Source: an uncultured Fibrobacterota bacterium (GTDB taxonomy: Bacteria; Fibrobacterota; Chitinivibrionia; Chitinivibrionales; FEN-1185). From it: a DNA stretch of 64,000 bases. Below the pieces are notes generated by a model. That model had not been told where the DNA came from. It was given only the letters and a program-made list of their open reading frames with translations, and made no database searches. Position numbers and translations under genes: made by a program. Positions 9,530 through 17,965 of the stretch are shown one piece after another. The DNA lies in assembly GCA_963753345.1 (NCBI GenBank), contig CAVWBU010000015.1, positions 50,337-114,336 on the forward strand, in the 5' to 3' direction. Every line of letters starts with the position of its first letter. Position 1 is the stretch's first letter.

Positions 9530-10282
9530 ATGCATCGTGTCGTGAATGGAGTTGCAGCGCGGTTTCTTATCGTGTGGTATCCGTTTTTCATGGCAGCGCC
9601 GTTATTCGGTCAGGAGCCGGAATCAAGTCCGCAGGAAGCGGCCCCTCCCGCAGAGCAGACGGCTCCGGCGCCAGCGGCGCCCGCGGCTGCTCCCGCCGCA
9701 ACGGTGCAGGATGCCGTGCTAGAAGGCATTCAGGTTTCAAGCGAGCCGTCCAAGGACAACCCGAAGGATTTTGTCGTCACCTGCTATTTTATATTCCACG
9801 ACAAACCAACCAGCTATTTTTATGAAACGAAACGGAAGAACAACAAGCTGATATTCGAATTCAACGATGCGCAGACGGGCACGTCTCCCATACCCTCCCA
9901 GAGGGTGTCTCCCATCGATGGGTTCCTGCTCGAACAGCGCAAGGTTGACATCAATAAGGACGTAAAAGGCCTTACGCCTGAGTGGCACGATCAGCTGTAC
10001 GTCACCTTCAGCCTTTCCGCGATTCCCAAGATTCATGTCGCCGACGAATACAACGTGATCTCGTACAGCTTCACCTGGTCCACCGACCCGGCAAAGCTCA
10101 AGATGCTTATTGACAATACGGGAAAAACGAACTGGGGGCTTGTGGGCGGGCTGGCCGGCGGCGGCGCCGTCGCGGTCGGGGTCGCCCTCTATTTCCTGCT
10201 CAAGCCTGCTCCTCCGCTCCCGGCTGCGTCGCCGCTGGACACCTCCGATCTTCCCGGGCGTTCGCTGCCGATGCGGTGGTAA
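9530..10282 (+). CDS. Signal-peptide protein with P/A-rich linker, AMIN-like beta domain and C-terminal TM anchor
   Basis: 250 aa from MHRVVNG. The core (VLEGIQVSSEP...CYFIFHDKPTSYFYETKRKNNKLIFEFNDAQTG) looks AMIN-like; this is inference only. It is a tandem paralog of the next gene. Confidence 0.55.
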   Translation: MHRVVNGVAARFLIVWYPFFMAAPLFGQEPESSPQEAAPPAEQTAPAPAAPAAAPAATVQDAVLEGIQVSSEPSKDNPKDFVVTCYFIFHDKPTSYFYETKRKNNKLIFEFNDAQTGTSPIPSQRVSPIDGFLLEQRKVDINKDVKGLTPEWHDQLYVTFSLSAIPKIHVADEYNVISYSFTWSTDPAKLKMLIDNTGKTNWGLVGGLAGGGAVAVGVALYFLLKPAPPLPAASPLDTSDLPGRSLPMRW

Positions 10283-10340
10283 AGGTATTGACACCTCCGC
10301 ATACGGAGGGTATTTTTCATCAACGTTGCAAGGAGGCCGT

Positions 10341-11120
10341 ATGCGCGGATGCGGACATAAATTTCTTAAACGCTTTCTTATCCTGTGGTTTCCCTTTTGC
10401 ATGATCGCCCCCGCATTCGGCCAGGAGGCGCCGAAGGAGCTCGTGCCTCCGTCAGAGGAGCCGGCCCCGCCCCCGCAGCCTCCGGCCGGCACGCCTCAGT
10501 CCCCTGCGCCTCAGTCCGTCGCGCCTGTCAACCCTGTGCAGAACGCGGTCATCGAAGGAGTGCAGCTTTCCAGCGAACCTTCGAAAGAAGCGAACGAAAG
10601 CATCATCACCTGTTACTTTATTTTCAGGGACAAGCCTTCCAGCTATTTCTACGAAGTAAGGAAGAAAACAAACAAGCTCGTTTTTGAATTCAACGACACG
10701 CAGAAGGGCAACTCGCCGGTCGCTTCGCAGAAGCTTGCCCCCATCGAGGGCTTCGAGCTCGAGCAGGGCAAGATCGACGTGAACAAGGAAGTAAAGGGGC
10801 TCAATCCCGAATGGCACGACATGGTGACGGTTACGTTCAGCCTGAGCGCGATCCCGAAAATCAACGTGGCCGATGAGTACAACGTCATTTCCTTCAGCTT
10901 CAAGTGGTCCAGCGATCCTGCAAAGGCAAAAGCGCTCGTTGCGCACGAGGGCGGCGTGAGTCCCGGCGCCGTGGTCGGCATAAGCGGAGGGGTCCTAGTG
11001 GCGGGGGGAATCGCGGGATACTTCATCTGGAATGCTCTTAAGTCCCGCCAGCCCACCGGCCCCCTCGGTGACGTTGATACGTCCGACATTCCCATCCACG
11101 TGCAGCCGCTTTGGAAGTAA
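10341..11120 (+). CDS. Paralog of 9530..10282 (AMIN-like domain, C-terminal TM anchor)
   Basis: 259 aa from MRGCGHK, with an AGGAGG ribosome-binding site upstream. Same architecture as 9530..10282 and many identical blocks (CYFIF.DKPSSYFYE..KK.NKL.FEFND.Q.G.SP, LSAIPKI.VADEYNVIS.SF.WS.DPAK). Confidence 0.55.
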   Translation: MRGCGHKFLKRFLILWFPFCMIAPAFGQEAPKELVPPSEEPAPPPQPPAGTPQSPAPQSVAPVNPVQNAVIEGVQLSSEPSKEANESIITCYFIFRDKPSSYFYEVRKKTNKLVFEFNDTQKGNSPVASQKLAPIEGFELEQGKIDVNKEVKGLNPEWHDMVTVTFSLSAIPKINVADEYNVISFSFKWSSDPAKAKALVAHEGGVSPGAVVGISGGVLVAGGIAGYFIWNALKSRQPTGPLGDVDTSDIPIHVQPLWK

Positions 11121-11165
11121 AGCGGACCGGCCGGGTGCCCTAAGTTGACATTTGCGATGGTTCGC

Positions 11166-11205
11166 GGGAAGGGGGAGCGCAGTGCGGCTCTCCCTTTTCC
11201 GTTTG
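11166..11205 (+). terminator. Candidate intrinsic terminator after the AMIN-like paralog pair
   Basis: GGGAAGGGGGAGC-gcagtgcg-GCTCTCCCTTTTCC imperfect hairpin, followed by a T-rich GTTTG run. Confidence 0.4.
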
Positions 11206-11324
11206 TGCCGCGGATCCCAACGCAGTTGTTTTGCCGGGGCGGGGCTCTCCATAGTATTTTGGATGCGTGCGAGGCTTGGTGTCCGCGAGGGGCGTTGTAA
11301 CGTCGGCAGCTCCGGAGAAAATGC

Positions 11325-12008
11325 ATGAACGCGCAGGAAATCGAAACAATTGCGGCGGGCGTTCCGCTATTTTCCTGTTTGTCGAGCATGGACCGTTCGG
11401 CAATCTGCAGAATCATGATTCCCAGAACATTCAAGGCAAACGAGGTGATCGTCCACGAGGACGACGACGAAGGACAGACGTTCTTCGTGATCGTGTCGGG
11501 CCGGGTGCATGTGGCGGTCATCACGTCGGAGGGCAAGAGCGCCATTCTCGCCACACTCAAGCAGGGCGATTTCTTCGGGGAAATGGCGATACTCGACGGC
11601 GAGCCCCGCAGCGCGTCGGTGATCGCGTCGGAGCCGTGCACGCTGCTCATGCTGTACCGCAGGATGTTTATCGACATCATGCAGCGGTATCCCAAGATCA
11701 CCATCAGGATCCTTGTCGAAATGTCGAAGCGCCTCAGGCGCGCCAACAAGCATATCAATACGCTGTCGCTCATGAGCGTCTACGGCCGGGTGGCCGACGT
11801 TCTTCTCCAGCTGGCAAAAGACCAGGGAATAAGGGCGGGAAGCATGATCATCGTCCCGAACAGGCCCACCCACCAGGTGATCGCCGACATGGCCGGGACG
11901 AGCCGCGAAACCGTATCGAGAATTATGTCGCAGCTACAGAAAAAACACTACATCGCCGCCGAAGGAAAGAAACTGGTAATATTGAATGAAGAAAAACTAC
12001 TCGATTAG
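11325..12008 (+). CDS. Crp/Fnr family transcriptional regulator
   Basis: 227 aa. cNMP-binding domain (GDFFGEMAILDGEPRSASV) plus a C-terminal HTH (TH..IADMAGTSRETVSRIMSQL). Confidence 0.85.
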   Translation: MNAQEIETIAAGVPLFSCLSSMDRSAICRIMIPRTFKANEVIVHEDDDEGQTFFVIVSGRVHVAVITSEGKSAILATLKQGDFFGEMAILDGEPRSASVIASEPCTLLMLYRRMFIDIMQRYPKITIRILVEMSKRLRRANKHINTLSLMSVYGRVADVLLQLAKDQGIRAGSMIIVPNRPTHQVIADMAGTSRETVSRIMSQLQKKHYIAAEGKKLVILNEEKLLD

Positions 12009-12756
12009 CATTCCCGCCGACCTTCTCTGGAAGGTGATCCTGCCCTCGGCGGTCGTTCTGTGCCTCGCGGGAGGCGCGGCCGGGATTTTCATTGTTGACA
12101 AACTGGTGATGCCGGGCATCGTGCATACCGACCGCCAGGTGGTCGCCGTGCCCTCGCTTGTCAAGCTCCCCTGGGAAAAGGCGCGGCAGCGTCTGTTCGA
12201 CGTGGGCCTGCGGCTGCAGGTGAGGGGACGGCAGTACGACGAGAAGATCGCGCGCGACGGCGTGATAAGCCAGCAGCCCGGGGCCGACGAGAAGGTGAAG
12301 AAGGGCCGGATGGTGGCCGTCGTGCTGAGCAAGGGCTCGGAGACCGGCGTGGTGCCGGACGTGCGCAAACTCATCGAACGCAAGGCGGTGATCGAATTGC
12401 GCAAGCAGGGCTTTATCGTCGGCAAACGCAAACACGATTTTTCCGACTCGCTCGAAAAGGACATGGTGGTCCAGATGTCGCCCGCGCAGGGCACGTCGAT
12501 ATCCAAGGAAATGCCCGTCGACCTCGTTATTTCCGACGGCGTGAAGCCCACGCACGCCGACACGCCCAACCTTATCGGAGAAAGCCTTCTCGACGCGAAG
12601 AAAAAGATCGAGGACGCTGGGCTCAAGCTCGGGAAGCTCGACTACAAGTCCAACGCGACCCTTTCGCCGGGGACCGTGATTTCGCAATCGGTGCCGCCCG
12701 GCAGCAGCGTGCCGCTCCAGAGCGCCGTCAATATCGTCGTTTCGGTGGTGAACTGA
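11986..12756 (+). CDS. Membrane-anchored stand-alone PASTA-domain protein (three PASTA repeats)
   Basis: 256 aa. N-terminal transmembrane segment, then three repeats of about 65 aa (VPSLVKLPWEKARQRL.., VPDVRKLIERKAVIEL.., TPNLIGESLLDAKKKI..). Overlaps the crp-like gene by 23 nt. Confidence 0.7.
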   Translation: MKKNYSISIPADLLWKVILPSAVVLCLAGGAAGIFIVDKLVMPGIVHTDRQVVAVPSLVKLPWEKARQRLFDVGLRLQVRGRQYDEKIARDGVISQQPGADEKVKKGRMVAVVLSKGSETGVVPDVRKLIERKAVIELRKQGFIVGKRKHDFSDSLEKDMVVQMSPAQGTSISKEMPVDLVISDGVKPTHADTPNLIGESLLDAKKKIEDAGLKLGKLDYKSNATLSPGTVISQSVPPGSSVPLQSAVNIVVSVVN

Positions 12757-12760
12757 TCCC

Positions 12761-14539
12761 ATGCGTTTTCGCGCATTTCCCCCCTGCCGTGTCCTGCGGA
12801 ACCGCCGATGTCGCTCCCGCGCGGTTGTGCTCTGTCTGAGCGCGCTGCTGGCGGGGTGCGCGTCGGGTCAATTCCCGTTAATCAAGCCTGCGGAACGGCA
12901 TTCGAGGGACTGGTACGCCCACCGGCGGGCCCAGGACTATTTCATAAGGGCCAGAGAGCTTGAGCGCCATGGGCTCACACAGATGGCGGTGCGGCTCTAC
13001 GAGATGGCGCACGACCTCGATCCGGGCTCGGCCGCGCTCAAAGACGTACTGGTCCAGCGGTATATTTATCTCGAGAAATTCAATCAGGCGCTGCTGTGCA
13101 TACGGGGCCAGAAAAAAGAAACCGAGATTTCCGATTCCGACAAGACCTTGTGCGCGAGCATCTACATGCGGATGGGACAGTACGTCCGCGCCGCCGACCT
13201 CCTGGAATCGGTCGCCGTCAAGAGCAGGGAAACGCGCTACATGCTCGGCATTCTATATGAATCGCAGGGCAATATTGCCATGGCCATCGCGAACTACAGG
13301 GCGTATCTTGACAAAGACACGTCGTCGGTCGACCTGGTCCTCAGGGTGGCGGCCCTGTACGGGAGAATGCGGAAGTGGGCCGCGGCGGAGAGCCTGCTTG
13401 TCGAAACGGGGGCGACCGGCGGCAAGAACCCGAGGCTGTTCAACGCCATCGGCGAGGTGAAGCTTGCGAAAGGAGATACCGCGCTCGGCCTTGACTTCTT
13501 CAAAATGGCGGCGATGATCGATTCGGGGAATCTCGACGCCGCCAGGAACATCGCGCAGGTGCTCATCCGCAAGGGCGACTGGGCCGCCGCCATCCCTTAT
13601 TATGAGAAGCTGCAAACCTCCGACAGCACCGGCGAGCTGTTCGGAAGAACCCTGGCGGTTCTCTATTATTACGGGAACAGGTACGAAAAGGCGAAGGCGC
13701 TGCTCCGCACCATGCTTGCCTCGGACATCGAGGATTTCGAGCTCCACTACTATCTGGGACTCGTTTACGGCGCGCAGGATAGCCTCGATATGGCGAGGGT
13801 CGAACTCGAGAAATCGCTGGTGATCCGGCCCGACTATGCCGACGCGTGGATACAGGTGGTGTATCTCGACATCAAAGAGAAGGAAATGGATGCGGCGCTC
13901 GCCGATGCGGGGCGCTTTACAAAAAGCGTGGCCGTGAGCCCGGCCGCGTGGCGGACGCTGGGCTACGTGTACAACGTGCGCAAGGAGTTTTCGGCGGCGC
14001 TTCCGCACCTGCGGAAGGCGGTGGGCCTCGACTCGCTCGACGCGTTCGCGCTGTACGAGCTGGGCAGCGCGCTGGAACGCACCGGCGATTGCGGCGCGTC
14101 GGCCGTGGCGTTCAGGCGCGTTTTGCGCCTCAAGCCCGACGAAGTTTCCGCCGCGAATTATCTGGGCTACATGTGGGCCGACAAGGGCATCAAGCTCGAC
14201 AGCGCCAGGGCGCTTATCGGATTTGCCGTGCGGCGCGACACGGCCAACGGCGCGTTCCTCGATTCGTATGCGTGGGTGTTCTACAAAATGGGAATGCTTG
14301 ACAGCGCGCTCGTTTACATGCGGAAGGCGATCAAGCTGATCAACGACGACGCCACGGTGATGAGCCACTACGCGGACATCCTTCTCGTCACCGGCAGCAG
14401 ACGCGAAGCGCTTGCGGCGTTCAGAAAGAGCCTCAACATCGATCCGAAATCGGACGAGAGCGACCACGTGCGGAAAATGATCGGCGAGATCGAGGCGAAA
14501 CAGGATGAGAAACCGGAGAAAAAACCGGCAGCGAAGTGA
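12761..14539 (+). CDS. TPR-repeat lipoprotein
   Basis: 592 aa. Lipobox LLAGC. Multiple TPR-like A..Y..AL..DP repeats throughout. Confidence 0.75.
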   Translation: MRFRAFPPCRVLRNRRCRSRAVVLCLSALLAGCASGQFPLIKPAERHSRDWYAHRRAQDYFIRARELERHGLTQMAVRLYEMAHDLDPGSAALKDVLVQRYIYLEKFNQALLCIRGQKKETEISDSDKTLCASIYMRMGQYVRAADLLESVAVKSRETRYMLGILYESQGNIAMAIANYRAYLDKDTSSVDLVLRVAALYGRMRKWAAAESLLVETGATGGKNPRLFNAIGEVKLAKGDTALGLDFFKMAAMIDSGNLDAARNIAQVLIRKGDWAAAIPYYEKLQTSDSTGELFGRTLAVLYYYGNRYEKAKALLRTMLASDIEDFELHYYLGLVYGAQDSLDMARVELEKSLVIRPDYADAWIQVVYLDIKEKEMDAALADAGRFTKSVAVSPAAWRTLGYVYNVRKEFSAALPHLRKAVGLDSLDAFALYELGSALERTGDCGASAVAFRRVLRLKPDEVSAANYLGYMWADKGIKLDSARALIGFAVRRDTANGAFLDSYAWVFYKMGMLDSALVYMRKAIKLINDDATVMSHYADILLVTGSRREALAAFRKSLNIDPKSDESDHVRKMIGEIEAKQDEKPEKKPAAK

Positions 14540-14599
14540 CGTGCCGCCGTCGCCGCACCAGCGCCCTCCGCATGTATCCTCCGTCACCCAAAGCTTTCG

Positions 14600-15325
14600 A
14601 TGCGCACACTCACCACAACAATTGCCACCTGCTGCCTGCTGCTTCTTGCCTGCACGGTGCGGCCGCCGCTCACCATGGATGCCGCGGTGGCCTCGATTGC
14701 TCCGGTTGCGGCGGCTGCCGACAGCGTGTTCTCCGTGCAGGGAAGCGGAACCGTTGCGGTGATGCAGAACGGGCAGGAACTTGCCGTAACCTTCGACCTC
14801 TCGTGGAACGGCGATTCTTCGTTTGCCGCGCAGTTCTACGGACCCATGGCTATGCCGCTTGCCTCGATACGCAGCGTCACTGCGATGCGGTGGCTCGTAA
14901 CCGCGGGCGATTCCCAGTACACGCAGCACCCTTCGCAGCGCGTAAGCGTGGGGCAGGGGTTCGTTGATTTTCCGATGACCTGGGCGGAACTGCTTTCTGC
15001 CCTTACGCTCAGGTACCCATGCGCCGCGCACCTGCGCGGACGTCCCGACAGCATGTTTACCGACAGGAAAGGCGCACATTGTCTGTGGCGGTCGCGCCGC
15101 TGCGGTGAGCAAACCCTCGACATTCAGGTTGCGCTCGATAATAAAACAGACCGCTTGGCCGAAATCAGTTATGGTGCGGGCGGAACCGCGGGCGCAGGGC
15201 TGATTTTCGGAAAATTCCGCGATGGCCGGCCCAAAGAAATCCGGTTCGTTTCTTCAGACAACAATTATTTTTACGTCACCTATCGCGCACTCACCGTGAA
15301 TTCCCGGAAGGTCCGGTTGCCATGA
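14600..15325 (+). CDS. Lipoprotein of unknown function (possibly LolA/LolB-fold)
   Basis: 241 aa. Signal peptide with a LLLAC lipobox. Overlaps the start of the next gene by 4 nt. The fold assignment is a guess. Confidence 0.45.
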   Translation: MRTLTTTIATCCLLLLACTVRPPLTMDAAVASIAPVAAAADSVFSVQGSGTVAVMQNGQELAVTFDLSWNGDSSFAAQFYGPMAMPLASIRSVTAMRWLVTAGDSQYTQHPSQRVSVGQGFVDFPMTWAELLSALTLRYPCAAHLRGRPDSMFTDRKGAHCLWRSRRCGEQTLDIQVALDNKTDRLAEISYGAGGTAGAGLIFGKFRDGRPKEIRFVSSDNNYFYVTYRALTVNSRKVRLP

Positions 15326-16347
15326 TTCGAAGAATCGCGTTGACCGCATGCGCAGCGGCCTGCTGTGCAGGAACCGCGTTTGCGCAGTCGGACCAGGCGG
15401 GCACGCGGGCATTCCCCTTCCTCAATCTCGATTACGACGCGCGCACCATCTCCATGGGCGGCGTGTCGGTCGCCGTGCCCAACGATTTGTACGGCGCGGT
15501 GAGCAATCCCGCGGCAATCGGCTACGTTTCAAAACGTCAGGTGGTTCTCGGGTACCGCTCGGTTATCGACGACGTGTGGGGAAGCCCGGTGGCGGTGGCG
15601 CTGCCGTATTCAAACTGGGGAACGTTCGCGCTCAGCCTTGTCAACATATCCTACGGATCGCTTACCGAGGTCGACGAAGGCGCGGACGGAACGCCGCAGA
15701 CCACCGGAATTACATGGCATTCGTATTCCTTCGCCGGCAGCCTTTCCTGGGCGAAAATCGTGTGGGAGTCGCTTTCCATAGGAGGATCGCTGCGCGAGGT
15801 TCACGACTATATCGGGAATTCGGGCGGCACCGCGGAGCACTATACCGCCGACGCCATTGTGGTCCAGGGCGGGCTCCAGTACCGGTGGAACGGATCACGG
15901 GTCATTGTCGGACTTGCCGTCAACAACGCGGGGCTGATGATCTCGAGCTATTCCGACGAGACCGAGGACCTCAATATGCCCGTGTCGGTGTCGGCCGGCG
16001 TTTCCTACTCTCCGGAATACATCCCCAACCTGCGCGTTGCCCTCGACCTCGCACAGCCCGTGGACGGTTTTCTCACCTACAAGCTCGGCGGCGAGCTTGA
16101 CATTTACAAAAGGTACGTGATCCTCCGCGCCGGGTATTCCTTCAGCGAGCCCGACCTCGAATCCCAGATCAAGGTGTTGCAGGGCGAGAGTTCCGACGGG
16201 TACCAGAAATCCAACTGGGCAGGGTTTTGTTTCGGCGCGGGCTTCAACGCCGACATCGGCGTGGTGAATGCCGGACTCGACGTGGCGGTCCAGCTTATTC
16301 AGGACATGAACCCCGCGCTCGCCGTGAGCGTGATTGCAGGGTTCTGA
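15322..16347 (+). CDS. PorV/PorQ-like (UPF0164-like) outer-membrane beta-barrel protein
   Basis: 341 aa. Signal peptide ending AFAQ. N-terminal GTRAFPFLNLDYDARTISMGGVSVAVPND..GAVSNPAAIG matches the PorV-family opening motif. Alternating beta-strand pattern, ending in F. Confidence 0.55.
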   Translation: MIRRIALTACAAACCAGTAFAQSDQAGTRAFPFLNLDYDARTISMGGVSVAVPNDLYGAVSNPAAIGYVSKRQVVLGYRSVIDDVWGSPVAVALPYSNWGTFALSLVNISYGSLTEVDEGADGTPQTTGITWHSYSFAGSLSWAKIVWESLSIGGSLREVHDYIGNSGGTAEHYTADAIVVQGGLQYRWNGSRVIVGLAVNNAGLMISSYSDETEDLNMPVSVSAGVSYSPEYIPNLRVALDLAQPVDGFLTYKLGGELDIYKRYVILRAGYSFSEPDLESQIKVLQGESSDGYQKSNWAGFCFGAGFNADIGVVNAGLDVAVQLIQDMNPALAVSVIAGF

Positions 16348-16394
16348 AGACCTTCCGCGATTTCTCGTATTATACATTGTAATAAAAAAGAAGA

Positions 16395-16590
16395 ATGGGC
16401 GTTCCCCTCCCCCTCGACTTCGCTCGGGGTTGGGCCGGTCTCCCTCCGGGCTCGGCTTCTCGCCTCGTTGCCGCCTGCCACTAAGGCCCTTCGGGCCGTG
16501 GTCGGGCGGCGATGCGCTCTTGCTCACCCTCCGGTCCACCTAACGCGCGGCAACGAAATCTATTCTGTCAATCATTTCTTCTCGCGCCAG
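16395..16590 (-). repeat. Family-A structured intergenic repeat (type I, full length)
   Basis: The minus strand reads CTGGCGCGAGAAGAAATGATTGACAGAATAGATTTCGTTGCCGCGCGTTAGGTGGACCGGAGGGTGAGC...GCCGCC...GGCGGCAACGAGGCGAGAAGCC...GGGGAACGCCCAT. Its 3' end lies about 48 nt after the PorV-like stop codon. Confidence 0.85.
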
Positions 16591-16616
16591 TCTTCAACTC
16601 TCAACTTTCAACTATT
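16591..16616 (-). repeat. GTTGAANN-type tract (3 degenerate units)
   Basis: The minus strand reads GTTGAAA GTTGAGA GTTGAAGA. Confidence 0.6.
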
Positions 16617-16646
16617 TTTCTCGGTGCGGCCACAACAATGCATGGT
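16617..16646 (-). repeat. Family-B 3'-end fragment
   Basis: The minus strand reads CCATGCATTGTTGTGGCCGCACCGAGAAAA. Compare the B1 3' part ACATGGTTGTGGGGGCACCCACGAAGAG. Confidence 0.5.
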
Positions 16647-16694
16647 CTTGCACAAAGGGAAAAGTGAAAGTCACGTGATACCCGAAGAGTGGTA

Positions 16695-16872
16695 TTTGCG
16701 CCAGGGGCGACTGGAGGTCGTGCTGGAGCACGATGCTGCCCGGACCCGCCGCAACGCGGCATAGGGCCGTGGCAGCCCGAGGCCTTGGCCGAGACCGGAA
16801 GGAGAACCGGTGCCGAAGGCAGGCGCCCAATTCTTTAACTGGGTTTTTGAGACAGCCTGAACTTCCCCCGCA
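16695..16872 (+). repeat. Family-A repeat (type II, lacks 5' TTGAC arm) plus C extension
   Basis: GCGCCAGGGGCGACTGGAGGTCGTGC-TGGA-GCACGATGCTGCCCGGACCCGCCGC..GCGGCATAGGGCC..GGCAGCCCGAGGCC..GAGACCGGAAGGAGAACCGG...GGCGCCCAATT, followed by the C extension CTTTAACTGGGTTTTTGAGACAGCCTGAACTTCCCCCG. Confidence 0.8.
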
Positions 16873-16879
16873 AAATGAG

Positions 16880-17965
16880 CTACTTCTTGATTTTCGAAGT
16901 GGTTCCAACCATAAACTCAACCTTCATCTCCACCGTGTTCGAGAAGAACGAAAGCTTGTCGTCCGGGTCGCTTCTGTCGGTATTGATATCCTTGTTGAGC
17001 ACGAACCCCTTTTTTTCCCTGAAAAACCCCAGGTACCGCCCCACATAGCACACAGAAACCTCCATACCCGAGGTTTTCGACAATGCGCGCTGGGACGAGA
17101 TGCCGATTCTCCATCCGCCGCCGTACCCCCAGGCGTAGAAGTTCCTAAGGTTCGCCCTGGCCGCCACAATCACCGAATCCGGGACGCCGGACCAGGCGAC
17201 CGAAGTCTGTTTTGACAGATAGGAATACGGCAGGATGTATGCGCCCACGATGACGGACGTGCGGTCCACGCCTTCTATGCGGAACAACTTTTCGTCAAGG
17301 CTGTGCCGATACAGCATGCCCACGTTGAAGGTGTAGGAATCGAGCGATTGCCGGTAGTTGACTTTCCCGGACGCGGTGTCGCGCTGGAGCGTGGCCTGGA
17401 GCACCTTGCCGATGTAACAGAAAGAGCCTTCGAACGACACCGAACTCTTGCGGTAGACGAGCGGGGTCCAGGAGACCGATATCGGGAAAAGGATGTTGTA
17501 GGTGTTCACGGGTTCCGTCACCGACATGCCGAACGTGTCCGGATTCATGGGCAGAATCTTCTGCACCGAATCCGGGAGGTTGCTCTGCCAGTCGTTGAAA
17601 ATGTCGAACGATCCCAGCGCCCAGCCGATGCCGAATCCTATCGAAGGAATCTTGAGGAAAAGGCTGGCGGTGTCTTCAACCGCAACAGCGGTTTTCCTCT
17701 GGAGCTGAAGCGCTGTCCTTTTCAGAAGAGAGTCGTTTGACAATGACGCCGGGTTCTTCTGCGTTGAATCGGAAACCTTAACAGCGGCAGGAGCGGTGGA
17801 TGTGTCCTTTGACTGAAGAGATGCGGGCCTTTTGAGAGTGTCCGCAGGCGAGGGATTGACTTTGAGGGAATCACGGTCTGCGCAATACGCCTGCGTTGTA
17901 CAGACAAAAGCCGCCGCAATGACGATCATCAACAAGGATTGATGAAAAGATGGCGAGTGGTTCAT
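16880..17965 (-). CDS. Secreted/outer-membrane protein of unknown function
   Basis: 361 aa from MNHSPSF (17965), whose ATG overlaps the tsaB stop in an ATGA arrangement. Signal peptide, S/T/A-rich linker, then a beta-rich region ending in an aromatic-rich segment. Confidence 0.5.
   Translation of the reverse strand: MNHSPSFHQSLLMIVIAAAFVCTTQAYCADRDSLKVNPSPADTLKRPASLQSKDTSTAPAAVKVSDSTQKNPASLSNDSLLKRTALQLQRKTAVAVEDTASLFLKIPSIGFGIGWALGSFDIFNDWQSNLPDSVQKILPMNPDTFGMSVTEPVNTYNILFPISVSWTPLVYRKSSVSFEGSFCYIGKVLQATLQRDTASGKVNYRQSLDSYTFNVGMLYRHSLDEKLFRIEGVDRTSVIVGAYILPYSYLSKQTSVAWSGVPDSVIVAARANLRNFYAWGYGGGWRIGISSQRALSKTSGMEVSVCYVGRYLGFFREKKGFVLNKDINTDRSDPDDKLSFFSNTVEMKVEFMVGTTSKIKK

Noticed and set aside
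8941-9591. N-terminal extensions of listed ORFs (7810..9591, 16880..18085, 19700..21247, 21046..22266, 26067..26957, 60039..63077 and others).
   Set aside because: The extensions run through repeats or neighbouring genes and have nonsense-like composition. Internal starts give proteins beginning at the family-typical N-terminus or signal peptide, often with a ribosome-binding site or a start/stop overlap with the upstream gene.
13253-15112. Very long ORFs antisense to annotated genes (for example 13253..15112 at 619 aa, 22939..24654, 28358..29815, 44973..46637, 42514..43605, 52985..54382).
   Set aside because: They are R/H/G/P-rich and low in complexity, with no recognisable motifs. Each lies opposite a gene with clear family signatures. 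This is the usual stop-codon-poor antisense frame of GC-rich DNA.
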